The notes under the pieces: model-generated
Databases searched by the model: none
The model's input: only the letters and a program-made list of their open reading frames with translations
Told to the model about the DNA's origin: nothing
In this document: piece by piece, positions 21,401-33,800 of the stretch
Numbering within the stretch: position 1 is the first letter of the stretch
How the letters are laid out: the number at the start of each line of letters is the position of its first letter
Assembly (NCBI RefSeq): GCF_006345805.1
Contig: NC_043007.1
Coordinates: 31,868,001 to 31,932,000, forward strand
Reading direction: 5' to 3'
Origin: Octopus sinensis
Lineage: Eukaryota
DNA length: 64,000 nt
Made by a program: the position numbers and the translations under genes

Positions 21401-24192
21401 CATGATTCACATGGTTAAATTAAAAGTAGTTTATAAACAATATTTTTGGAAATATTTCTGGCATTAGAACAGTGGCTCTCAACCATTTTTTCCCCGATGG
21501 ACCCTTTTGATCCCTATCTTACTTAGGTGGACCCTCATAACCATTTGATGTTTAAAAAATCCTTTTATATTTTTATAATTAGGAATTGTGCAAAAATTTT
21601 TTTTAATATTTTGTGTATTGTAGAATTATGTAACTTATCGCACGTAAATTTGAACAACAAAATCTTATGCGGACCCTATAAGGGTGATACAGACCCCAGC
21701 CGAAAAGCATTGCATTAGAACAAAGATATGAATTTGTAGGGTATGGTTAAAACTAAATAGACTCGTGTTTTAACAATACTAATTTTATCAACCATGTGGA
21801 AATAAAAGGCAAAGTCAAATCAAACCAAATGGGTTAACAACATAGAATATGATATTACGACAAAGGTATTTTGCTGAGCACTCTACCAAATTTACCATCT
21901 GTTACTCTGAAATTAATAAATGATAAAAATCTATTTACACACACACACCTTAACTAATTACTGCTGGTGGCACGTAAAAGCACCCATTACACTCTCAGAG
22001 TGGTTGGTGTTATGAAGGGCATCCAGCCATAGAAAACCATGCTAAATCAGACTGGGGTCTGGTGCAGCCTTCCAGTTTACCAGCCCTGGTCAAACTGTCC
22101 AACCCATGCCAGCATGGACAGTGCATGTTTAATGATGATGATGAATACTCGGCTCCTTTCCATGTGATTAGAAATGTTGCAGGAAAGAAACACAAAACTG
22201 ATTCTTCAAGCTAAACCATCCAGTGGAAAATCTAGAATTAGATCAGGAATGAGATGGTTGAATAAATATCTAGAATGTCATACTTGGGAATCTAATCAGA
22301 AAGTGAAATGACGGTTACTTCTGACAGGACCCTATGGAAGCGGGGCCTAGGGATTCTACCCCAAAAACCCTTCCAGGAATAGTGGGTGGAGATAATGAAT
22401 GGCTGGAATACTCAACTCACCAAAGGAAAATTCTTAAAAAGCTTCTTTTAAACAATTGTCAGCCAATTTTAACCCCAAATTAACAAACAGCCCCCGGTTA
22501 CCTCTCTAAGCCCAATATATGAATTGTACAGGGTAAATATGTAATTTTGTGGTCAAGAAGTTTGTGTTTCAACCACATGGTTTCAGGTTCAATTCCATTG
22601 CATGGTACCTTAGGCAAATGTCTTCTACTATGGCTTTAGGACAACCAAAGCCTTGTGAACGGATGTGGTAGACGGAAACTGAAAAAAGCCCATCGCATAT
22701 TTTTATGTGAGTGTGCACGTGTTTACACCCTCATAACTTAGCAACTCAACAAAAGAGACTGATAGAATAAGTAACAGACTTAAAAAAACATAAGGGTTGA
22801 TTCATTTGATTGAAAAATTCCTCAAGTTGGTGCTCCAGCATGGCTGCAGTCTAAAGACTGAAACAAGATAAAAAAAATATAAAACCAATGTTACATGATA
22901 TTCCACCAGCTTCGACTGGTAAATGGTTATGGACCCAAATAACATCAGTGGTATCCAATGGTATTTGAAGAAATGTATCTCCATAGTTGCATGCTTGGTT
23001 GCACAATAAATGTTAAAACTTTGTGGTTACTTTTCTAAGTAATATATGTTTCCAGCAAAAATTTTATATTTATGCCAAAAAAAATTTTTTTTTAATTAAA
23101 ATAAAATAAACAATTTTTTTTTTATTACAACAGAAATTCTTTATTATCAGTTTCATACAACCCATGCATGATATAAAATTATTCTTCAAAAACGACTTCC
23201 CTTTCACAAGTTGTGGTGACCACTGCAGAGGTATGGAGCGGCATTTTGACAGCTAGCAGCAGCCTGAAAAATCCAGCACTGGTAGCATAAATTCTTGTCA
23301 ACCACTTGCAATGGCAGAAGCCGAGTAAAGTCATGAATAAATGGTTATTTGTTCAACTATGAGAATACACATTATACAACAAATTCCTGATGTTTCATAT
23401 GATTATAAAATATAAAAAGGTGAACATAGGGATTAAGTGATATGATGTCAAAAATAAACATAATCACAGAATGGCCAACAAGAAAGCTTTTAGCAGTATT
23501 AACAAGAAAATTTATCTCTAATACTTTCAAGTAAAAATGTAAAAAAATAAAAACAACTTGCATAGGAGAAAATGGTCAAATGAAAACGAAATGAGGGAGG
23601 AAAAAATAATCAAGGAAAAACCTGAATATAAATGGTTTTAAACAATATTAGAAAGTTGGATAAATTTACAACAATGAGGCACAGTTGGAATGGAAAAAAA
23701 AATCACTTGACTATTGGTTAAAATAAGCATATTTTGAAAGTAAATGATTTTTTTTAGGATGGTGATGTCTTGAAGTAAATTTATGTAATGGTAGAAATGT
23801 ATCCAAGTTATGTCAAGGGATTATCCACAAAAGGAAACATTTTAAGGAATATTTTGGAGACAAGAAAAAAGAAATCAAAACGAGTTCTTTGAAAGTTATG
23901 AAGAATATATAACGATCTTCTGAATAAGACATTTGACCTAATAGTAATTTCCTTTTTTTTTAATAACACTGTCCAATACCTGGACAAAGAACAACAGAAA
24001 CCTCCCTCCCCATGAAAAATGGTACTAAAATTAAAACAGGGGAAAAACTATTCATTGGAGAAAGTTAAATAAACCGTATCCTTTTCTAAATCATTTATTA
24101 GAGTATCAAGATCAAATCTTTCATACGAGAATGAATGTCACCTGGGATGATATCAGTCCACAGATTCCATTGATTTTACAAACTGTCTTTAA

Positions 24193-24413
24193 CCCTTTCA
24201 TTACCAACCCGGCTGAAACCAGTTCTGGCTCTGAGTACAAATGTCTTGTTTTTCACAAGTTTTCAATTAAAATCTCCCACCAAACCTTAGTCACAATTTA
24301 TGTTCCTAACACCAGCTGAATGATAACTAAGTTATTTTACTAAATTCTTTGTTATATTTAAAGCAATTGAAAGAAACACAGAGCTTCTCAACAGAAATAC
24401 CGTAACAAAAGGG
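24193..24413 (-). mobile_element. MITE D copy in probable PARP1 3' UTR
   Basis: TTAA flanks and CCCTTT TIRs. Confidence 0.88.
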
Positions 24414-24651
24414 TTAACATAATTTTATTACTCTGATTATAATAGAGTACTTTTTTGATTAACTTTCAACTTAGCAATGAGTATCAGATTAATTTGGAAT
24501 GTGCTAAAAACAAAAATAAAGAGTTGAGAGGGATAACATTTAAAACAAAATCAACTGAAAGGAACTCATATTTTTTGTGTCTATAAATAGATGTAATGCT
24601 TCCAAAGAAGGGTCATTCAGAAGTTTATTAGAATAAAATGAAGAATCTTAA

Positions 24652-24884
24652 CCCTTCAGCATCTTAACTAGCCATATATTCTACCAGGGCCCACATATTC
24701 TACCTGTTTTATGTTTGAACTAGACAGATTCGGCCTTCCATGTGTCTCTTACAATTTCATTCTAAAAGTAAGCAATCACATCACTGAAATCTCAAAACCA
24801 TGAGATAATGTAGGATTAATTAAAAAAAAAAAAACCTGGATAAATAGGCATTAAATCTGACAGAGTAATCTTAATACTAAAGGG
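24652..24884 (+). mobile_element. piggyBac-like MITE E (TTAA TSD)
   Basis: TTAA|CCCTT(T)AGCA...TACTAAAGGG|TTAA. Copies at 35622-35842(-), about 37720-37928(-), about 41545-41748, about 45430-45640, about 51805-51982, 56750-56960. Confidence 0.85.
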
Positions 24885-25467
24885 TTAAAGATTAGCAGCA
24901 ATTAATCTAAAATCACAAAGGTGTTTAAAGTGGTGGGAAATATGAATTTGTTTCTGCCACATCCATGAGTTAATATTTATTATGACCAACAATATGAAAT
25001 AGAAGAATGAATCAGAAAGGCGAACATAAACTAAATAGTTACTTTGAAATTAGAAAATAGTTGACTATTTATTGAATAAACTTTCACTATCACTGTAGTT
25101 TTTAACAATAAGAGTAAATAAGTCACATGTTTGGAGAGGTGGGGAAAAAATTCAACAAATAGGAAAATACTAACTAAAAATCAGATAAAAAAATTTAGTA
25201 AAATCCTGTATAAAATAGTGTTTTATGTGGTATGTGAAACACAAATGAGATTTAACATAATAGTTGCCATCATGGAGTAAGAACAGATGAGAAAGCAGTC
25301 TATGGCAACAGTGCTAGACAGCCGTTTCATCAAAGGCAGAGAAAAGGGGGTTTTGCTTTTATTAGAAATCACAGATTAAAACAAAGTAGATAAAAAGGTG
25401 TCAGTTCTGTAGCTTTTATTCAGTCTCTCTCTCTCTCTCTTTCGGTTTCATCTCTGTAAAGGCACGT

Positions 25468-25540
25468 TCACCATTTGTAGTTAAACTTCAATCTAAGCAA
25501 ATATTTGATTTTCACTTGAGCAACATCGTACACGATATAT
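25468..25540 (-). CDS. PARP1: PARP1 terminal coding exon
   Basis: (E)[23 protein letters not shown]. Confidence 0.97.
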
Positions 25541-27854
25541 CTAGTGATGTGGTTAAGGTGAAATGGCGTAAAAATTGTTGAAATACAAAGTTATAACAGA
25601 AAGCAGAGATAAAAATACATACTGTATCTGATGGCATAAAAGACACACGGGTATTTTAGACACATCTTAATTCCAACGGCACATATTCAAGGGAAAACGG
25701 TTTTAGAGCATTAAAGCTTATGGGAGGCCCAACTTTGCATATGAGATCCAGGGTAGTTTTTGAAAAGAAAGTGTGTCTTAGATACCATCAAATAGTCATT
25801 TCAAAAAAATATCTATGCTTACATGTATATGTGTACTCTTACAGAATATACAATACATGTTACCCCATGAGTTAAAAACATGTATTATATACAACCAATT
25901 AAATACTTAAGACCCCATGTGCATTGTGTATGTGTGACAGAGAAAGAAGAGAGAGAAAATTATAAAAGTGATAAAGATTGTAAAGTGGCTGATGTTAGAA
26001 AGGGCACCCAGGCACAGAAAACATGCTGGAGCAGACAACAGAGCCCTAGCATAGCGCTCTGGCTTGCCAGCTCCTGCCAAACCGTCCAACCCATACCAGC
26101 ATGGAAAACAGATGTTGAATGATGAGGACGATGATGATGATGATGATAGGTTAACCAAAAGACAATATTATTTAAGAAAAACTTTGAGCAATTAGATGAA
26201 GGATACTCATTGTACAAAAGACTTGAGTTGTCGATATCCGAGGGAACGCCTTTGCCCATTGGGATTTCAACACCATCAAATGTCTGTCGACCGCTAGGAT
26301 CCGGAACTGTCCTACCACAGCCTGCAAAAGAAAGTGCAGAAACAATTGAGTGAGTGTGCAGACATGTGAGTGGGGTGAAAGTATAAGTACATGAATGAGT
26401 GAGCATTTGAGCTCCATTTAACCACACGTCTGCAATTTGTGTCTTAGCTATGTCTCTTTTTTCAGCAGCTGTTTCATAAATTGGTTAACATTCAAAGGCG
26501 TTGGAGAGCATAGAAATTATTGTTGTTGAGAAAAGGTTAACTGATATGGAGGACTGGAAGCCATCTGAATATTTGAAAAGAGTTACCTCTATCAGGACAA
26601 TTTGCTTCGGGTATCAAAATGTTGACATCACAACAGTTGCCCATTGCACTGTGAACACAGTAAAGACTGTAAAATGTAACATGGACAGCTGCAACAGAGA
26701 CTACAAGGCCATGAGCAACAGGTCTTTGGGTATGTCTCCAGTGAAGGTGATGTCATACCACCCAACATCTTTGAACAGGGTCTTAGGCTCAACTCAGAAG
26801 GATGTGTGAAGCTGCTCGAGACTGTAGTCAATCCCTGGCTGGGGAAGGTTGCTGCTGGAAGACCATATGTGGCAGCAGGATTTGGCTCCTTGTCATACCT
26901 CCAGAAAGAGTCAGAAGTGGTTGTCGGAGAATTTTTATGACTTCAACAGCTCCAATTTCAGGCCTCCAGATTCCTCTGGCCATAATCCCATGGATTACTA
27001 CATGTGAGTCACAATTGAGAAAGACACCAACAGCTCTGTCTGTAACATCAAAGCCGAGCTGGTGGCCAAGACCATCAAAGAACTTCCAAGGGACACAGTG
27101 AGGAACACATGCACCAGGTTCTGGAGTCATCTTGAGGTCGTGGTGGAAGCTGAGGTCAACTACTTGAGGAAGCTGTGTAATCTCCCAACTACAATTTAGT
27201 TGACATTTTTTTGAATCTTTAAAATGATTTTATTTTTCAGTGAGATATTGTATTTTCTTATCCTTTTTATGCAAACTGTAGGCAAATGTAGACACACCTT
27301 TCCCCAGAATGAGATAATTTGGCAGAGCTGAGTGGACAGTTCAGTCTGTTTTGGTACCAGAAGCAAACACATAAATGCTTACACATGCAGGGGAGAGTGG
27401 GGTGGGGGCGGGGCATTGCATTTATTAATTGAGCCCAATCAACATAAACACTTCCTCTCTTCTCACAGACAAACACAAAGAGGAAGGATGAAAAAGGGGG
27501 GAGGGGGGAAAAGAAGGAGAGAAACATTAAAATGCCTAATGACAAATAAGCCAGCATTGAAACAGCAATGCCAAAACATCTCAGACCCCCTTTTTCTAGG
27601 GAGCACATTGCAATGTAATAGTAATACATTTAATGATTCTACCAAACAAGTCAGTCATTTAAGAAATATTTTAATGAAACTTAGCAACACAGGCGTAGGA
27701 GTGGCTGTGTGGTAAGTAGCTTGCTTATGAACCACATGGTTCCGGGTTCAGTCCCACAGCGTGGTTCCTTAGGCAAGTGTCTTCTACTATAGCCTCAAGC
27801 CGACCAAAGCCTTGTGAGTGGATTTGGTAGGCGAAAACTGAAAGAAGCCCATCG

Positions 27855-27897
<43 letters not shown>

Positions 27898-30800
27898 CTG
27901 TGTTTGTCCCACCCAACATCGCATGACAACCGATGCTGGTGTGTTTACGTCCCCGTAACTTAGCGGTACGGCAAAATAGACTGATAGAATAAGTACTAGG
28001 CTTACAAAGAATAAGTTCTGGGGTCGATTTGCTTGACTAAAGGCGGTGCTCCAGCATGGCCACAGTCAAATGACTGAAACAAGTAAATAGTAAAAGAGCA
28101 ACATGTATCCATAGAAGTTGATTTGCTAAAGTGTGATATATAACAATAATTTATGTTTATTTTGGGTTTACAAAGATACTGTACTCAACAACAGAAGGAA
28201 AATGTGACAGGTGTGCTACAATAATTGTCCAGCAAAAATACTTGTGCAGAAAGTCTTACCTTTAGTGCTGTGTTTGCCCTTTGGCAAAGATGTTACATAA
28301 TTAGCAGATGTTAGCTCATACCTGCAGCAGAATTGGAAACAAATTTTTTTTTATTATTCAACAACAGACCATTGTTCTAAAATTTGTACAAATTGTTAAA
28401 GCAATTATTTTTATATCAACTCAGCAAAAAAAAAAAAAAACGTTTTGACTCAAGAGCCAGGCCATGTTTTGCAATACCTCTTGTCTAGAAATTTGTAATG
28501 CCATATGTACAGAAGCATCTCTAAAAGTATTCTAAGTAAATAAATAAAATGACACCCCAGTTTTCTTTTCTTCTACAAAGATACAAAAAGTAACTTTTCA
28601 ATTAATTCAATATGCAAGCACTAAATTTAAAAAAAAAGACATTTCAAGGTATAACACTGTATTACGTGTCTGTATTACCGAATTTGATGGCATAAAAGAT
28701 CACCAGCATCATCATTCAATGTTGTTTTCCATGCTGGCATGGGTTGGATGTTTTGACAGGAGCTGGAATGACCAAGATCCACATCAGATTCCGCTGTCTA
28801 TTTTGGCATAGTTTCTACAGTTGGATGCCCTTCCTAATGCCAACCACTTTACAGAGTATACTGGAAGCTTTTTACATGGCACCAGTACAAGGGCTTCTTA
28901 TGTGGTACTAGTACCAGTGCATATCAGAGGCACAATAATTTCAGCAGCACATATTCAAGAAAAAAAAAAGCTTTTAGTGCATTAAGGAATGTAATATAGG
29001 CCCAGCTTTCCATGTAGGATCTGGGGTGAATTTTTGAGACACTTTTCTGGTGTCTCAAAAGGTGTCTTTCATGCCATCAAATATATTACATTATCTAAAC
29101 ATTAACCAACATCTGACAATATTAAAAAGAAAAAAAAACTGGCTCTCCCTGGGTTCTGACAAGGGTCCCAGGAACAGCCTGCTCGTGAAATTTATGTGTA
29201 AGTGGCAGAGCACTCTACAAACACGCACACCCTTAATGCAGTTCTCAGGGAGACTTATAGTGACACAGAATGTGACAAGGCTGGCCCTTTGAAAAAAAAA
29301 AGTGTCTTGCTCAAGAACAAAATGGTCACTGGGTATCAAATTCACAATTTAAAGAAAAATCAAAAGTAAACCAAAGTAACCAAAAAATGATAATTTTATC
29401 AAGTTGATCCTAAACATCTTTTAAGAAATAAACAGCTTTGCCATTAATACAACAATCTTATTAGCATGATATAATTTTAAAATAATAATACAATGAAATG
29501 TAAAATATCTCTTACATGCTTCCTAGGGCAACATCACACAGAAGTATCAAACCCACTGGATCATTTTTGCTTGTGTGACAATAGTTTGCACTTTTGGATA
29601 CCATATCAGCAAAGTAAATGCCTTTACCAAACATATAACCAGTCTGAAAGAGAGAAACATCACCATTATTATTATTTAATGTCTGTTTTCCATGTTGGCA
29701 TGGATTGGAGAGTTTAACACTTTCGATACCAACCTAGCTGAAACCGCTCCTGGCCTTGTAATAAAAATGTCTTGTTTCCATAAGTTTTGAATTAAAAATC
29801 TTCCACCAAACCTTAGTCACAATTTATGTTCCTAACACTAGCTTAATGACAACTAAGTTATTTTACTAAATTCTTTGTTATATTTAAAATAATTGAAAGA
29901 AACACACAGCATCTCAGTAGAAATATGGTTAACAAAAGGGATAACAGGATCTAGCAAGCCCCGAGGCTGAGTCAGTTTCCAGTGTCAGCCTTGACATGGT
30001 TTCTGGGGTTGGATACCTCCCTAATGCCAACCACTTTACAGTGTGTGCTAGGTGCTTCTTTTTTTTTCATGCCAATGACGTTAGTGAGGTCACCAAAAAA
30101 GCTCCGTTCAACCAAGTGATGGTGGGGGAATATTTGAAAGAAGTGGGCATAGCTTTATGTCAGGTGTTGAGAATCTGAAGTATGACAGAGGAACAAGCAC
30201 AGGTAGAGGAGATACATGGCTACCCCACATTATACAAGAGTGGGTGGGAGTATCTGGGAAGGTAATGGTATTCAGCTCACTACCTGGAATTGAACTCGGA
30301 ATCTTGGGGTTAGTAGCCTGCGCTCTTAACTACTACTACCCCAAGATCCTGAGTTCAATTCCAGGCAGTGACCTGAATAATAATAACTAGCAGAGATATC
30401 CAGCCTTGCTCAGAATTAAAATGGCATAGATTTTTGTTTTACTTGTTTCAGTCATGTGACTGCAGCCATGCTGGAGCACTGTCGTTGGTCAAAGAAATCA
30501 ACCACAGGCCTATGTCTGTCTGGCAACAGGACTCTGCACCCTGCCACACAAGCAGGTGAACCCAGTCATGGCTGTCAGACAATTTCTAACATCTGGCCAC
30601 CTAACTCCCCAGATTACAACCCCTTTGATTATTATGTGTGGGGTGCAGATGAGCAAAAGACTAACAAAACTCCTTGTAACACCAAAGATGACCCAAAAGT
30701 AAGGATTATGACATCATTCACCATCTTAAACAAGGAAACCATCCAGAAGAGTTGCAGGAGATTCCGAAGTCATTTGGAGGCCATAGTTGAAGCCAATGGT

Positions 30801-33800
30801 AATTTTATTGAATAAATTTACTCTTTAGTATTTCAAGATATTTTTATGTAATTTTGGTAAATATATGTTAAAATGAGATGTCAGTGTTATTTTCATTTTT
30901 GCGTAATTTAGACAACAGTTTATTCACCACACCCTGGATACACACACACACAGACTCATTCCAGTCATGATATATACTGTTGCCTATATATTTTGCTATT
31001 TGCAGTTTTATATTTCCGATAGGGATTAAGCTATGAGATTTGTGAATTTGCAGATTGGTATTGTCTTCCAACAATCACCTGACATCATGGCAGTGGTCTA
31101 CTTACGTTAATAAACAAGTATTTATATTCACTCTATATTACAGACGAAATGTATTTAGGTAACTTACCACTGGTGCTTCTGGGGGTGCTACTCGCAGACC
31201 TTGTGACAAAATACCAGCAAAGTTGGTAACTCGAGAGCCATGCCAAAGCAGTTTATGATTTGCTAATTCTTCAAATGGACGGAAACGTTCCTTTTCTCCA
31301 AGTCGTTCAAGTCTGTATGCCTACAAAACAAGATGAATATTTCCCAATTGCTCGAATGTCAGTTAAATATTAGTTTGAAATTGTGGCACAAGGCCAGCAA
31401 TTTCATGGGAAGGGAGCGAGTCGATTGTATCGACATCCCACCCCAGAGCCTACTGGGTGCTCAACTGGTACTTATTTTATCAACCCCAAAAGAATGAAAG
31501 ACAAAGCTGACCTCCAGCAGCAGATATGTCACTAAGCATTTTCTCTGGCACAGTAACAATTCTGCCAGCTCGCTGGGGTCGTTCAGGTGCAGCAGCCATG
31601 CAGTGTATCTAGGGCAAAGAAAACTTGGTGGAGCCCGTCCCTCTCCAGGCTAAACTCATTTCTACAGCTGAGTAGATCGGAGCAAAGTGAAATGAAGTGG
31701 CTTGCTCAAATGACAAATACACACACCTATGTCCAAACTGTGGAGGCACATGGCCTGGTGTTTAGAGCAGTGGATTCACGGTTGAGGGATCGATCGAGGG
31801 TTCAAATCTCAGACCGGGTGATGTGTGTGTTTATGAGCGAAACACCTAAGCTCCATGCAGCTCCAGCAGAAGGTAATGGCGAACTTCTGCTGACTCTTTC
31901 CTCCTGCATTTAGCAGCTCACCTGGTCCAGGTGGGAAAACTATAAGCCAATGAAACCAGGAAACTGGCCCTTATGAGTCGGGCATGGCTCAAGAAGGAAC
32001 TACCAACATGTCCAAATTAAGTAACTTCCATAATTTGATAGCAAAAAATAATTAAAAACAGAAATTAACTTACGTCAACAACTTCCAGTCCGTACTGGTT
32101 GTGTGTAACTGCATGTGTGTTCTGCACATATTTAGTAATTAGATCAAATTCTTCGGAGGATCTTTCTATGTACTACAATAAACAAAATCAATCAACAATC
32201 AATTAACAAGAAGAATCAATAAATAGACAAATGTTTACTTGTATTCAAAGAAAGAAAATTTTTTTTTTACAAGATCCTTAACTATTTTCTTTGTTACCTT
32301 TTATCTTGTACTTGTTTCAATTATTGGAATATGGCCATGCTGAGGTGCTTTGCTAAATTGCTAAGTTATAGGGACATAAACAAACCAACACCAGTTGTCA
32401 AGAAGTTGGGGGAAAAGATCAAACACCAACATATATATATATAGGTATATGGCAGGCTCCTACAGTTTCCTATTTCTTTACTGCCCACAAGGGGCTAAAC
32501 AAGGACAGACAAATAGATTAAGTTGATTATATCAACCCCAGTGTGCAACTGGTACTTAATTTATCTGCTAAGCATTCCGCCCAGCATGCTAACGTTTCTG
32601 CCAGCTCGTTGCCTTCTACAGTTTCCATCAACCAAATTCACTTACAAGGCATTGGTTGGCCTGAAGTTATAGCAGAAGGCACTTGCCCAGGGTGCAGCAG
32701 ATGCAAATTCATTGTTAACAGAATGGAGTCCATCTTTAAAGTAACGTATGCACCAAGCAGCAAATTGCCAGAGCATGTAAAATTCAACAGAAGACCAACA
32801 CTTGTTAAAAAAAGGTTATCATCACATAGGCCATAATCAGAATTTTAGTATACAATCCCAATGGCATTACAGACAAATACAACTGATGGATACCTAGGTC
32901 TTTAAGGTCCCATAGAGATTTTTTAAATTGCTAAGATTTCACAACAAGAACGCTGATAAGAAAACGCTCCCAAAACCTTCAATGAAATTTCATTTAAATA
33001 TACAAATTCATAAAAATATTGGTGATCTAAACCGTTTTTATAGCTTTATTCTGTGTATAAATAAAAGCCATTTCAAATCAGTTAAAGGTTGTTCATTTTC
33101 TTTTTTCTAATAACTATTCTAGCTTGATATCTAAATATCTTTAGATTGTTTCACACCCATCTCCTTCAGTTGTGCTACAGAGATACAGCCAATGTAGTCC
33201 TATCCTTGCATATGCAATTAGGCATCTATATCATTAACCCATTAGTGCATAGTGTCTAGAAAAATAAACGAAGGAAAAATTACTATTACTTGTTTCATAC
33301 ATGTATATAGTTGGTTTGTTTGTACGCAGTGCCTGCTCACTCATAGAGCACTAGTTTAGAGGCAGACTATACCAAAAATAAGCTCAATAGGTAGTTTACT
33401 TAACAAGCAATAGTAATTTTTCCTGCATACATTTTTCTGGACATTGCGCATTAACAGGTTAAGCATGGCTTTTAGAAAACATCATTCAATTTATTCGCAT
33501 TCCACAAAAATTGACTGTTTTGTTATCTAGTGTATTTCATCATCATCATCGTTTAACGTCCGCTTTCCATGCTAGCATGGGTTGGACGATTTGACTGAGG
33601 GCTGGCGAACCAGATGGATGCACCAGGCTAGAGTTTCTACAGCTGGATGCCCTTCCTAACGTCAACTACTCCGAGAGTGTAGTGGGTGCTTTTATGTGCC
33701 ACCAGCATGAGGGACACTCAGGCAGTACTGACAATGGCCACGCTCAAATGGTGTTTTTTACGTGCCACCTGCACAGAAGCCAGTCAAGCGGCACTGGGAA

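Larger units (their letters stand above)
23115..25467 (-). other. Probable PARP1 3' UTR with alternative polyA signals
   Basis: Mostly unique AT-rich sequence after the stop. Minus-strand AATAAA at 25415-25420, 25068-25073, 23140-23145, 23121-23126. The end point is not determinable from sequence alone. Confidence 0.4.
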
